63,929 nucleotides of DNA, filler included, from 9 parts of 9 records of this genome joined end to end with filler, not necessarily neighbours in it; one strand, 5' to 3'; counted from the first letter of the whole stretch, positions 9,654 to 20,002 are shown. The notes: generated by a model not told the origin, from the letters alone. Numbers and translations: made by a program.

Positions 9654-9898
9654 CGCTCATCATCCTTTCCCCGGCCCTTTAAAATAATGGTTTCAAGGGC
9701 TTCAATCCGCTTTTCCATGCGTTCGAGCCCTTGGTAAATCTCCTGGATCATTCGCGTATCCTCCATCTGGGACCGCTGATCCTTGCGAGAAAGGCCGCCT
9801 TTTTTAATTTTAATACCCATGAGAATCGTGCCGCCGATAATGGCCAGACACAATATCAATCCGCCGAATATGATTGCCACGATCAGTGCGCCATGCAT
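9650..9898 (-). CDS. pspB: Phage shock protein B-like
   Basis: N-terminal TM and RMEKRIEALETII; lies between pspA and pspC. Confidence 0.8.
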   Translation of the reverse strand: MHGALIVAIIFGGLILCLAIIGGTILMGIKIKKGGLSRKDQRSQMEDTRMIQEIYQGLERMEKRIEALETIILKGRGKDDER

Positions 9899-10578
9899 TA
9901 CGGTGAAACCCTTTCTTCCGAACGGTTCAAGGTCGATTTGAGGCGCTGAAGGTCACTTTCGATCTCATCATCCATCATCAACCCTTCGAATTCAGCCTCA
10001 AGGGTGGGTTTTTTTCCGAAATTCACCAGATCCGCTTCCGCCTCCATGCGCTCGATGCGGTTTTCCAGGGCCTCAAATTTCATCACCGCATCCGTGCTTT
10101 CAATTCGGCGAATATCCTCCTGGGCACGTCGCTTTCGAACGGCATGGATGTGGCGCTGAACCAGAATCCGCTGCTTTTCCCGGGCTTTTTGCAGTTTTTC
10201 CTCCAATTGATGGATATCCTCATGGTAATGCCCCACCAGAGCATCCAATTGGGAAAGCTCCTTTTCAAGATCCTGGGTCCGGCCGGCGTATTTCCGCTTT
10301 TCCATGAGGGCTTCCCGTGCCAGATCATCGCGACTTTTGTTGACCGCCAACTGGGCCCTCCCCTCCCATACTTTGACGCGATCGTTCACTTCCTCCATTC
10401 GACGCCGGGTCTTTGCGGCCCTGGCGATCACACCGGCGCAGGACGCCTTCAGTTCCACCAGGGTGTCTTCCATTTCGCGGATCATCAGTTTAATCAGCTT
10501 TTCCGGATCTTCCGCTCCCTCCAGCATAACATTGATGTTTGAGCTGACGATATCCCGAAAGCGCGTAAAAATTCCCAT
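9898..10578 (-). CDS. pspA: Phage shock protein A
   Basis: MGIFTRFRDIVSSNIN...EDPEKLIKLMIREMEDTLVE; GGAGG RBS (alternative ATG at 10584). Confidence 0.95.
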   Translation of the reverse strand: MGIFTRFRDIVSSNINVMLEGAEDPEKLIKLMIREMEDTLVELKASCAGVIARAAKTRRRMEEVNDRVKVWEGRAQLAVNKSRDDLAREALMEKRKYAGRTQDLEKELSQLDALVGHYHEDIHQLEEKLQKAREKQRILVQRHIHAVRKRRAQEDIRRIESTDAVMKFEALENRIERMEAEADLVNFGKKPTLEAEFEGLMMDDEIESDLQRLKSTLNRSEERVSP

Positions 10579-10634
10579 ATTCATCCTCCACTTAGAAAAG
10601 TATCTTGATTTTGCAACTACTGTCGAATTTGTTT

Positions 10635-10650
10635 AGCAGAAATCGTGCCG
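10635..10650 (-). promoter_or_regulatory. Sigma-54 promoter of pspA
   Basis: Minus strand CGGCACGATTTCTGCT: GG-N10-GC (-24/-12), with divergent pspF. Confidence 0.8.
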
Positions 10651-10769
10651 GATCTCATTTTGTTCCGATTTCAAAAGGATTCAGCTATTTAGTAGATTGA
10701 CAAATCAACAAGTGATGGCGATAATAACCGACATGTTGCATTTTCAGCTTATTTATAGGATTTTTTACC

Positions 10770-11060
10770 ATGGACCGAGAACAAAGACCCCCGCGAACAT
10801 CGGTTTCCCCTGAGTCCGTTTCCAGAACCCATGATGCTCTGGGGCAATCGGAACCTTTTTTGGACCTGCAGGAACAGCTCTCCAGGGTGGCCCCCATCGA
10901 CAGGCCGGTGCTGCTTCTGGGGGAGAGGGGAACGGGCAAGGAGTTGGCTGCCGCCCGCATCCACTTTCTTTCCGAACGCTGGAAAGGCCCTCTGGTCGCT
11001 TTGAATTGCTCGGCCCTGGCCCCGTCCCTCATCGAATCCGAGCTTTTCGGATATGAAAAA
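10770..11060 (+). CDS. pspF: Phage shock operon activator PspF (3' truncated)
   Basis: PVLLLGERGTGKELAAARIHFLS and LNCSAL...LIESELFGYEK; divergent from pspA. Confidence 0.88.
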
Positions 11061-11160
11061 NNNNNNNNNNNNNNNNNNNNNNNNNNNNNNNNNNNNNNNN
11101 NNNNTTAATTAATTAANNNNNNNNNNNNNNNNNNNNNNNNNNNNNNNNNNNNNNNNNNNN
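11061..11160. other. Artificial contig linker
   Basis: N-run with TTAATTAATTAA. Confidence 0.99.
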
Positions 11161-11694
11161 GTGGCTTAATTCATCTACTTCTTCTTTTACCTTGTCCCAC
11201 ACTTGCTCTTTATATTCCCAATCGAAACCTACACCCCGGGCTTTTTCCTGAACACGATTGGCTTTTACAAGGGCAGGCATTGCTGCAGGAACTCCTTCCA
11301 AAACGCGCTTATTTCCACCCTTTTCCTTAAGCTTTAATGCTTCCCAGTTTTCGGCAACTTTATCAGCCGAACCATCCACCTCAACATCTCCAAAAATATG
11401 AGGATGCCTGTATATAAGCTTTTCGTTAATTCCTTCCAGAACATCGCCAATATCAAAGGCCCGCTTTTCTGCACCTATTTTCGCGTAAAAAGCAATATGA
11501 AGCATTAAATCGCCCAACTCCTTTTTAATTTCCAGCAAATCGTTTTTCAAAATGGCATCGCCCAACTCGTAAGTCTCCTCAATGGTCAGCTTTCTTAACG
11601 ACTCCAGGGTTTGTTTTTTATCCCATGGACACTTCTCACGAAGTTCATCCATGATATCGAGCAAGCGTTTAAACTCTTCTACTTTTCTTTCCAT
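11161..11694 (-). CDS. mazG: Nucleoside triphosphate pyrophosphohydrolase MazG (3' truncated)
   Basis: LREKCPWDKKQT, EETYEL, KELGDL, KLIYRHPHIFG, GFDW. Confidence 0.95.
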
Positions 11695-11726
11695 GTATTG
11701 TTGACTTAAAAAAATTCTAATAAAAC

Positions 11727-11751
11727 TGAACCTTTTGCTTTTGGCGTGTAT
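11727..11751 (+). promoter_or_regulatory. Putative ECF-sigma promoter (copy 1)
   Basis: TGAACCTTTT-N7-GCGTGTAT upstream of the DUF3098-sigma operon; identical motif at 15993-16017. Confidence 0.7.
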
Positions 11752-11783
11752 ATAACCAATAACACAAACAAAAATGACGAATA

Positions 11784-11993
11784 ATGACGAAAGTATTTAG
11801 CCAAAGGAAATATTATTTATTGACTTTAAGCCTCATCTTATTAACATTGGGGTTTGGGTTAATGGCGGGTCCGATAAAGGTGGATGGTGAGTTTAACGAA
11901 ACAATTTTTAGTTTCAGAAGGATTACCTTTGCACCGGTTCTGGTATTAGGGGCCTATGTTTTACTGGTTTTTACTATTTTTAGCAAGAAGTGA
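11784..11993 (+). CDS. DUF3098-family small membrane protein
   Basis: GFGLMAG...FNETIFSFRRITFAPVLVLGAY. Confidence 0.8.
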   Translation: MTKVFSQRKYYLLTLSLILLTLGFGLMAGPIKVDGEFNETIFSFRRITFAPVLVLGAYVLLVFTIFSKK

Positions 11994-12565
11994 TTTTCAG
12001 GAAAAAAAATATTGCAAAACTAAGCAACGAAGACTTAATGCTTGCCATAACAAATGGTAACCAGCAGGCTTTTTCAGAATTATACGAACGTTTTAACGAG
12101 CGTCTGTTTTACTTTTTCTACAGAATGCTTGGTGGCGACCGGGAACAGGCAAACGATTTCCTTCAGGATATTTTTTTGAAAATTATACATAAACCTGAGT
12201 TGTTTAAACCGGAACATAAATTTTCGAGCTGGATTTTTTCGGTTGCACACAACATGTGTAAAAACGAATACCGAAAGCGTGATGTTCGAAAAGTGATCCA
12301 AAATGAAGAGAATCCGGATTTGATTTGTAATGAAGTTGCAGATGAATGCTCAGAAGAAAGAGAAAATTTAATAACTGAAGTTTTTAATGAACTTGAGACT
12401 TTGGAAGAAAGCCAACGTTCTATTTTGATATTAAAGTACAAAGAGAATTTCAGTTTAAAAGAAATATCGGAGATCCTCGACTTACCAGTGGGCACCATTA
12501 AATCGAGATTACACTACGCCCGTGTTGAATTATCGAAACGTATAGCAAAAAAAGAATTATTGTAA
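11990..12565 (+). CDS. ECF RNA polymerase sigma factor
   Basis: AFSELYERF, DFLQDIFLKI, FSSWIFSVAHN, EISEILDLPVGTIKSRLHYAR. Confidence 0.95.
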   Translation: MIFRKKNIAKLSNEDLMLAITNGNQQAFSELYERFNERLFYFFYRMLGGDREQANDFLQDIFLKIIHKPELFKPEHKFSSWIFSVAHNMCKNEYRKRDVRKVIQNEENPDLICNEVADECSEERENLITEVFNELETLEESQRSILILKYKENFSLKEISEILDLPVGTIKSRLHYARVELSKRIAKKELL

Positions 12566-12575
12566 AGATGAAGTC

Positions 12576-13148
12576 ATGAAAGAAGATTTAATTAACGATA
12601 AAGATTTAAACCGTTTATTTGAGCAAGACGCAGCAGGGATTTCTCCTGATCCTGGTGTTCGGGAACGATTGGATTATACATTTATGCTAAAAAGCAGCAA
12701 CTCTAAAGTAAACCAAAATTCATTTATTGGAATGTTTGGCTGGCTTTTCTCCTGGACGCATATGCCAGTAAAAATGGCTATCGTTTCTATTGTATTGTTC
12801 GTTTCATTTCTAAAAATACCTTCTGTTGAAACTCAGTTCTTTCTCCCGGGACAAGACACTACTTTTAACGCTATACCTTTACAAATGGACTCTTCAGAAA
12901 CTTCGCCATTTTTTGCGGATACCTGTTTTACCTCTAAAGCAATACATCAGAAAACCAGTTATTTTCAAAACCAAAAGAAAGGTTTAAATCAACCCGGTTT
13001 AGCTTTTAACTTTTTATCAACGAATTATAGTACCTCGCAAATTCATTTTCGAGGTTCTTCATTTTTTCTTCGTTCAGGAAATTGGAAGAAACACGAATCA
13101 GTTGATTTAAAAACATCAGTTCCCTCTGAATCTCATCTTTTAGTGTAA
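12576..13148 (+). CDS. Putative single-TM anti-sigma factor
   Basis: Directly follows the ECF gene; one TM (MAIVSIVLFVSFL); 3' end overlaps the DUF2723 gene by 143 nt. Confidence 0.6.
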   Translation: MKEDLINDKDLNRLFEQDAAGISPDPGVRERLDYTFMLKSSNSKVNQNSFIGMFGWLFSWTHMPVKMAIVSIVLFVSFLKIPSVETQFFLPGQDTTFNAIPLQMDSSETSPFFADTCFTSKAIHQKTSYFQNQKKGLNQPGLAFNFLSTNYSTSQIHFRGSSFFLRSGNWKKHESVDLKTSVPSESHLLV

Positions 13149-15978
13149 GTTGTTGCTTTTTATTCAGCATTTGATAAAAATACAACGATTCAGTAATGTT
13201 CTTTTCCAATCCTTCAAACCAAAGTTCAGCCTCTTCTTTCATTCCGGCTTTAAACATCGTTTCTGCCTGACGGATGCAATAAATATCGTGAGGTATTTTT
13301 GAGACCGGAAACCGCTCTACGCATAAGTTTAATAAGGCTTTTGCCTTTTCACTTTTTCCATCATTCAGTAATAAACCCGCTACTTCGGTGTATACATTTC
13401 GAGCCTGGAAAACATTAAAATTTGTAATGGTATTCCAACACACATAAACTCCCATATCTGAGATATTTCCCCAATTATATTCCTGCGTAAGTTTTTCATA
13501 AAGTTCTTCTGCATTACATTTTCCCAATGAAAAACCATTGGTATTGCTTTGTTCTGGAATCAAACGGTATACAAATCCTTCGCATTCCAGGTAGCTGCCT
13601 AAACCATGTTTTTGCGCTTCATACTTTGAAGAAAAACAAACCGGTCGCTCGCCAATGTTTGAACTAATGATATCCCAGAAAACCAGTTGGTGTTTATACA
13701 GTATCTTATCATCCAGATTTATTGGAACAGAGCCTGATTTATTGTTTACTTTAACCTGTAAAAAGACTTTGTCGACAGGTAAGAAATTTACTTTTTCTCC
13801 GGAGTTCAACCTTACTTTTGCGCTATCATCGTTCAGTTGCAAAAACTTAAGCACTTCGCTCCACGAAGATTTACGTTTTAATTTATTAAGTACTGGAATG
13901 TAATCCAGCTGGCCGTAGTCATATTTAAGTTGAGGGATGGTCATTTTTAAGCCGGAATCATTGTATTTGGGCTGGCGCAATCCATCAATAAACCAGTTTG
14001 CCGAGAGAAAAGGCATTACTACAACCCGAACATCGGTGCGAATTCCTTCCACTTCCTGGCAATAAAGCAATGGGTAGGTGTCGTTATCGGCACTGGTAAA
14101 AAGAATAGCATTTTCTGGACATGATTTTAAAATATTTACGGCAAAATCGCGGGCTGCATATTTTCCTGAACGGTTATGGTCATCATAATTCTGAAAACCC
14201 ATTAATCCGGGAGCTGCCAAGAAGAATAGCACAAATACCGGGATTACCAACTTTCTGTTTTTGAGAAATTGATCAACAATGGCCAAAAAGCTATATCCAA
14301 TCCAAATAGAAAAAGCCATAAAAGCCCCCACAAATACATAGTCACGTTCGCGTGGTGTAATCGGAATCTCATTAATGTAAACAGTTAATCCAAGGCCCCC
14401 CATTATAAAAAGAGCCAACACAACAAAAAATAATTTGCGTTGCCTTTTATTTTGCAAAAAAGCACCAAAAAGCCCCAATAAAAGTGGAAGAAAAAAGTAA
14501 GTATTCCTTGCTTTGTTCAACCTCAACCATTCCGGCAAATCACCTTGCGCACCAAGCCGGGCTGTATCGATAAAATCAATTCCCGAAATCCAGTTCCCAT
14601 TTATTACATCTCCCCTTCCCTGGCGATCATTCTGGCGGCCAACAAAATTCCACATAAAATAACGCCCAAACATATACCCAAACTGATACTTTAAAAAGTA
14701 AGCAACATGATCGCTTAAACGCGGAACAACAAGAGTTTTTCGCTCGCCCTGTGCATTTTTAACAGAAACACGCTTGCCCTGAATATCAACCCAGCTGTTA
14801 TAGGCTTGAATGTGCCTTTCTTCGCGGCTGTACATACGCGGGAAAAAAGTGGTAGTTTTGGAATCAAACTCATACGAAGCAGGTAGCTGTGTTGTACGGT
14901 ATTTTCCCTCAATCACATCTTTGGTATATCTTTCGTTAACCTTCGTTATTGGCGAATTGTAATTCTGACCATGAAATAAAGGGCGTTTCGGATATTGTTC
15001 GCGATTCAGGTAATTTATAAGGGAATACATATTATTTGGGCCTCCAAAATTAATGGGAGGATTTGCTGAGGAACGGATTATATTTACTGAATAAACCGAA
15101 AAACCAATTAGTATCAGTAAGGTTGATAAAGCAGTGATTTCTGCCACACTTTTTCCATTTTTTCGGAAATAGAAGATCGCAAATCCAAACAAAGAAAGAA
15201 TTATAACAACCCCCAGAATAGCTCCGAAATGAACCTGTAAACTCAACTTATTCACACCTGCATAATCGAACCACGCCAGGGTTTTCATAACAATTGGGGT
15301 TAAAACATATAAAACACCCAAAAGCAGCACTAATCCAACCACAAAAAACAAGAACAGATTTTTAATGGAATAGCCATATTTTCGGAATCCCAATACCATT
15401 ACAACGGTAGGAAGAACCAACAAATTTAACAGGTGTACACCTAGTCCCAAACCGGTTATCAGGGCCAAAAAATAAATCCACTTTTCATTCCCTTTTTGCT
15501 CAAATTCTTCGTCCCATTTAAGTGCTGCCCAAAATGAAAGCACAAGAAAAAACATAGAAAGGGAATAAACTTCTCCTTCAACGGCCGAAAACCAAAACGA
15601 ATCGGAAACCGCAAAACTTAATGCGCCTAATAGTGCACTGCCAATAATCAGAAACTGATTTTCAGTTTCTTTTCGAATTAATTTTACAATTATATGAAAA
15701 AGGAAGAACACGGTTAATGCACTAAAAAAGCCCGACATAAAATTGACGGACCAGGCGACTTTTTCAGGATTTCCAAAAGATAAAAAGGAAAACAATCTTC
15801 CGAGCAACATAAACAATGGAGCGCCTGCCGGATGATTAACCTCAAGTTTTGCAGCAGAAAGGATAAATTCGCTGCAATCCCAAAAACTGGTTGTTGGCTC
15901 AAGTGTAAAAGTGTATAAACATAAAGAAACAATAAATACTATCAGACCTGATAATTTGGTTACTCTGTTGTTGCGCAT
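13006..15978 (-). CDS. DUF2723 / TMEM260-like GT-C membrane glycosyltransferase
   Basis: TLEPTTSFWDCSEFI, HPAGAPLF, FWFSAVEGEVY, GVHLLNLL, PRERDYVF, DNDTYPL. Confidence 0.9.
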   Translation of the reverse strand: MRNNRVTKLSGLIVFIVSLCLYTFTLEPTTSFWDCSEFILSAAKLEVNHPAGAPLFMLLGRLFSFLSFGNPEKVAWSVNFMSGFFSALTVFFLFHIIVKLIRKETENQFLIIGSALLGALSFAVSDSFWFSAVEGEVYSLSMFFLVLSFWAALKWDEEFEQKGNEKWIYFLALITGLGLGVHLLNLLVLPTVVMVLGFRKYGYSIKNLFLFFVVGLVLLLGVLYVLTPIVMKTLAWFDYAGVNKLSLQVHFGAILGVVIILSLFGFAIFYFRKNGKSVAEITALSTLLILIGFSVYSVNIIRSSANPPINFGGPNNMYSLINYLNREQYPKRPLFHGQNYNSPITKVNERYTKDVIEGKYRTTQLPASYEFDSKTTTFFPRMYSREERHIQAYNSWVDIQGKRVSVKNAQGERKTLVVPRLSDHVAYFLKYQFGYMFGRYFMWNFVGRQNDRQGRGDVINGNWISGIDFIDTARLGAQGDLPEWLRLNKARNTYFFLPLLLGLFGAFLQNKRQRKLFFVVLALFIMGGLGLTVYINEIPITPRERDYVFVGAFMAFSIWIGYSFLAIVDQFLKNRKLVIPVFVLFFLAAPGLMGFQNYDDHNRSGKYAARDFAVNILKSCPENAILFTSADNDTYPLLYCQEVEGIRTDVRVVVMPFLSANWFIDGLRQPKYNDSGLKMTIPQLKYDYGQLDYIPVLNKLKRKSSWSEVLKFLQLNDDSAKVRLNSGEKVNFLPVDKVFLQVKVNNKSGSVPINLDDKILYKHQLVFWDIISSNIGERPVCFSSKYEAQKHGLGSYLECEGFVYRLIPEQSNTNGFSLGKCNAEELYEKLTQEYNWGNISDMGVYVCWNTITNFNVFQARNVYTEVAGLLLNDGKSEKAKALLNLCVERFPVSKIPHDIYCIRQAETMFKAGMKEEAELWFEGLEKNITESLYFYQMLNKKQQLTLKDEIQRELMFLNQLIRVSSNFLNEEKMKNLENEFARYYNSLIKS

Positions 15979-15992
15979 ATTTTTTCGTTCTA

Positions 15993-16017
15993 ATACACGC
16001 GTATCTAAAAAGGTTCA
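15993..16017 (-). promoter_or_regulatory. Putative ECF-sigma promoter (copy 2)
   Basis: Minus strand TGAACCTTTT-N7-GCGTGTAT ending 14 nt before the DUF2723 ATG. Confidence 0.7.
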
Positions 16018-16375
16018 AACAACATATAATACAGTTTTTCTTATTGTAACTTAAACAATGTTGAAGCAAAATAGTACATTTAGCCACCCATTACATAATG
16101 GAGAATAAATATTAACTCAAAAAACTTTGTAAAATGATTTTAGGTGTATCTGAATGGCTAAGTGGTAAATTAGGTTGGAGTGTATTAACAATCCGAATTG
16201 CATTTGTTGTTGGGGTTTTAATTTTTGGTGTTGGATTAGGACTCTATCTTATTCTCTGGCTTGTTAAAATGTTTTCGAAATAGGGTACAACAAAAACTCT
16301 TTTATTTGAATTAATCCCCAATCTTATTTTCACTGTCAAAACCTTTAGACATTCGATAGTGGTGATTTATTTTCG

Positions 16376-16383
16376 TAAATTTG
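16376..16383 (+). promoter_or_regulatory. Bacteroidota -7 promoter element for phoH
   Basis: TAAATTTG matches TAnnTTTG, 25 nt before the TTG start. Confidence 0.55.
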
Positions 16384-16408
16384 CGCTGCTCATTTTTAAA
16401 TATTTGCA

Positions 16409-17395
16409 TTGGATAAACAAATTTTACTGGAAGGAATTGATCTCCTTGAATTTTTCGGAGTAAACAATTCAAAAATTGAACTAATAAAAAGGCTTTTCCC
16501 AAAGATTAAAATTACTGCGCGTGGTCATGCGCTCTTTATTCAGGGTGATCCCAATGAAATAAAAGCTTTTGAAAAGAAATTTTCGTTAATACTGGAGCAT
16601 TATTATCAATTCAACGTGCTAACTGAAGACATTATTCATGAATTAATGAATTCGGGTATTTCATCAATGGAAGAGAATAGCACCACCGATAAAGATATTA
16701 TCGTGTTTGGCAATAATGGGAAACCGGTTCGGGCACGAACTCCCAATCAGAAAAAGTTATATGAAAAAAGTGCCAAGAGCGATTTGATTTTTGCCATTGG
16801 CCCAGCTGGTACCGGAAAAACGTATACCGCCATTGCCCTGGCTGTAAAGGCCTTAAAAAATAAGGAAATTAAAAAAATTATTTTGAGCCGCCCGGCAGTT
16901 GAAGCTGGTGAAAACCTGGGTTTTCTACCTGGTGATTTAAAGGATAAAATAGATCCGTACCTACAGCCACTTTACGATGCTTTACAAGATATGATTCCGC
17001 CTAAAAAACTGGAAGAGTTTATGAAAGATGGAGTCATTCAAATTGCACCGCTGGCATTTATGCGAGGTCGAACCTTAAGCAACGCTTATGTTATTCTGGA
17101 TGAAGCCCAAAACACCACAATTAACCAACTTAAAATGTTCCTTACCCGAATGGGGTTAAATGCCAAATTTATTATTACCGGCGATGTAACACAGATCGAC
17201 CTTCCACGTAAAAGCAGTTCAGGTTTGGTGCAGGCATTAAAAATTTTAAAAGGAATAAAAAATATTTCCACCATAAAGTTCGACAAAAAGGACATTGTTC
17301 GTCATAAACTTGTTCGCGACATAGTTGACGCCTATGATAAACATTCGGAAGAAACCGAACAGAAAAAATTAAACGATAAGGAGAATCGTTCCTAA
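16409..17395 (+). CDS. phoH: PhoH-family ATPase
   Basis: GPAGTGKT, RPAVEAGENLGFLPGD, APLAFMRGRTL, DEAQN, GDVTQIDL. Confidence 0.95.
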   Translation: MDKQILLEGIDLLEFFGVNNSKIELIKRLFPKIKITARGHALFIQGDPNEIKAFEKKFSLILEHYYQFNVLTEDIIHELMNSGISSMEENSTTDKDIIVFGNNGKPVRARTPNQKKLYEKSAKSDLIFAIGPAGTGKTYTAIALAVKALKNKEIKKIILSRPAVEAGENLGFLPGDLKDKIDPYLQPLYDALQDMIPPKKLEEFMKDGVIQIAPLAFMRGRTLSNAYVILDEAQNTTINQLKMFLTRMGLNAKFIITGDVTQIDLPRKSSSGLVQALKILKGIKNISTIKFDKKDIVRHKLVRDIVDAYDKHSEETEQKKLNDKENRS

Positions 17396-17465
17396 CCAAT
17401 TTTATTGTTTAAGAATATTGAGAGGAAAAAAACAATCAATAATAATTCATAAATAATCATTAAAC

Positions 17466-18419
17466 ATGGGTAACGCATTAACAAAAACAGATTTCAATTT
17501 CCCGGGACAAAAGAATTTGTACAAGGGAAAAGTACGCGATGTATACAACATTAACGACGAATTTTTGGTGATGGTCGTTTCCGACCGAATTTCTGCCTTT
17601 GATGTTGTATTGCCAAAAGGTATTCCTTTTAAAGGCCAGGTATTAAACCAGATTGCCGAAAAATTCCTGGATGCAACAGCCGATATTGTTCCTAACTGGA
17701 AAATAGCAACTCCCGATCCCAATGTAACAGTCGGTCATTTTTGCGAAACTTTTCCAGTAGAAATGATCGTTCGGGGTTACTTAACAGGTAGCTCGTGGCG
17801 TTTATATAAAAACGGTGGTCGCGAAATTTGTGGCGTTCCTCTTCCTGAAGGTTTAAAAGAACACCAGGCTTTTCCTGAACCACTTTTAACACCAACTACC
17901 AAAGCCGAACAAGGTGCACACGATGAGAATATTTCACGCGACGAGATCATTAAACAAGGTTTGGTTTCGGAAGAAGACTATCTAGAGCTGGAACGTATTT
18001 CAATGGAATTGTTCAAGAGAGGTAGTGAAATTGCCAAAGAGATGGGATTAATTTTGGTGGATACCAAGTATGAATTTGGTAAAAAAGATGGCCAGATTTA
18101 TTTAATTGATGAAATTCACACACCAGACTCTTCGCGTTATTTCTATGCCGATGGTTACCAGGAGCGTTTTGATAAAGGTGAAAACCAAAAGCAGTTATCG
18201 AAAGAATTTGTTCGCGAATGGTTAATGGAAAATAATTTCCAGGGACGCGAAAACGATGTGCTCCCTGAAATTCCGGATGAATTTGTAACCCAGGTATCCG
18301 AACGTTACATTGAACTATACGAAAGTATAACTGGCGATACATTTGAGAAATCAGATGTTACAGCCATTCCATCAAGAATAGAAAAAGCTGTAACGGAATT
18401 CCTGAATAAGCAGGCTTAG
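17466..18419 (+). CDS. purC: SAICAR synthase
   Basis: [45 protein letters not shown]. Confidence 0.97.
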   Translation: MGNALTKTDFNFPGQKNLYKGKVRDVYNINDEFLVMVVSDRISAFDVVLPKGIPFKGQVLNQIAEKFLDATADIVPNWKIATPDPNVTVGHFCETFPVEMIVRGYLTGSSWRLYKNGGREICGVPLPEGLKEHQAFPEPLLTPTTKAEQGAHDENISRDEIIKQGLVSEEDYLELERISMELFKRGSEIAKEMGLILVDTKYEFGKKDGQIYLIDEIHTPDSSRYFYADGYQERFDKGENQKQLSKEFVREWLMENNFQGRENDVLPEIPDEFVTQVSERYIELYESITGDTFEKSDVTAIPSRIEKAVTEFLNKQA

Positions 18420-18440
18420 ATTAATTACATATAGCTTTAT

Positions 18441-18477
18441 AACACCCGTTTATTTATTTAGACGGGTGTTTTATTTT
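18441..18477 (+). terminator. Intrinsic terminator after purC
   Basis: AACACCCGTT...GACGGGTGTT followed by TTATTTT. Confidence 0.75.
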
Positions 18478-18529
18478 GTATTTATTGTTAACTTTCACCA
18501 ATTAGAAATAACAATAAACCAGATATTAC

Positions 18530-20002
18530 ATGTTAAGGCCTCTTATTCTACTTATCATATTCAATTTTTATTTCCCTCCAGTTCACGCGCAGAAAAAGTA
18601 CATTAACCGTAAAATAGCTCAAAAGAATTACGACGGTTATATGCTAATGACCGAAAAGAAGTACAACGAAGCTCTGATTATTTTTAACGAAGCTCTGAAA
18701 GAAGATACAGAGGCGTTTTTTATTTACCAAAACCGGGCACTGTGTAAGTTGCAATTAAAAGACACCTTGGGGGCCATTGAAGATTTTCAAACAAATATCG
18801 AAATGGAACCTGCCAATTCAGAATCAAAATATGCCTTGGGTAATATATACAAAACCCGCAAGGATTCGGCAAATGCTATTAAATACTTCGTACCGGCCAT
18901 TGCACAAGCCGATGAAGAATTCAGCCAAAAGAAACTCTTGTATATGAGCAACTTTTCAGGACATTATTTTCGTCTTCACGAGGACTACGATTCGGCTTTG
19001 GTATTCTATAATAAGGTAAAACGGTTTACGCCTAACAATCCTTCAGTATACATTAATTCAGCAGTTTGTAATTATTATATTGACAGTATAGCTAATTTTT
19101 GCAGTGACCTGGAAAAAGCATTTGTATTAGGTGGAAATGTCAATTGTATTGCTCTTAAAAATTTGTGTAATGGATGTACTCACTTGCTTTCTGAAAGGGG
19201 AAATACCGATACCTTATCAACCTTACTGGACACGCGTCTTGCGAATATTATTCCGGATACCATTTATTATCACTCTTTTCAGAAAAAAAGCGGCAATATA
19301 GTGCGCGTTGAAGATGACCGTAAAGTTAAAGTCTATTTCAATAAACTCTGGCAACTGTGCCTTCCTGAAGAAGCTAGCTTTTACCGCGAAGCTTTTTGGT
19401 CTCCTTATAAAAATTATTTTGGAGGAGCATTCACTGATTATTATGTTGGAGGGAAAATATATGCCGAGGGAAGAATTCATTCCACCAATGTTACAGGTCT
19501 TTATAAATCATATTACCCCAATGGGAACCTGAAACTAAAAGCTCATTTTACAAAATCGATACCATCGGGAGTTTGGACTTATTACCTTGAAGACGGCACT
19601 CCCGATACGGAAGTAACTTTTCGCCAAAATGATTTCGAAATAAGGATATTAAATGACAAGAATCCGAACTTGCCTATTAACTCCGGAAGCGGCAAATTTA
19701 ATGTATTACTGGATAAATGGGACGATTTGGAATTTGTGATAAGTGGTGAATTTGAAAACAAAAAGAGAGCTGGTCAATGGGCCTACATTCAGGATGGAGA
19801 AAAATTAATTGTTGAAAAATATAAAAAAGGGAAGTTCAGAAATGGCCACATTTTAACTAATATTGGCACACGTTCAACCTCCGAAAGCGTGATAAATACT
19901 CAAATTTTTATTCCTCCTCAGATCACTCAGGTAAGAAACCTTAACTTTTATTCTAATGAAGCTATAAACTATTATTCATTTATAAGAAAATTTGGCCGTT
20001 AA
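18530..20002 (+). CDS. Secreted TPR-repeat plus MORN-variant (YwqK-like) repeat protein
   Basis: Signal peptide; TPR-like helices; repeats GLYKSYYPNGNLK, GVWTYYLEDG, GQWAY. Confidence 0.7.
   Translation: MLRPLILLIIFNFYFPPVHAQKKYINRKIAQKNYDGYMLMTEKKYNEALIIFNEALKEDTEAFFIYQNRALCKLQLKDTLGAIEDFQTNIEMEPANSESKYALGNIYKTRKDSANAIKYFVPAIAQADEEFSQKKLLYMSNFSGHYFRLHEDYDSALVFYNKVKRFTPNNPSVYINSAVCNYYIDSIANFCSDLEKAFVLGGNVNCIALKNLCNGCTHLLSERGNTDTLSTLLDTRLANIIPDTIYYHSFQKKSGNIVRVEDDRKVKVYFNKLWQLCLPEEASFYREAFWSPYKNYFGGAFTDYYVGGKIYAEGRIHSTNVTGLYKSYYPNGNLKLKAHFTKSIPSGVWTYYLEDGTPDTEVTFRQNDFEIRILNDKNPNLPINSGSGKFNVLLDKWDDLEFVISGEFENKKRAGQWAYIQDGEKLIVEKYKKGKFRNGHILTNIGTRSTSESVINTQIFIPPQITQVRNLNFYSNEAINYYSFIRKFGR

Noticed and set aside
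11161-11694. mazG as part of a defence system with vapBC or the GTPase operon
   Set aside because: Housekeeping-type MazG on a different contig from those genes
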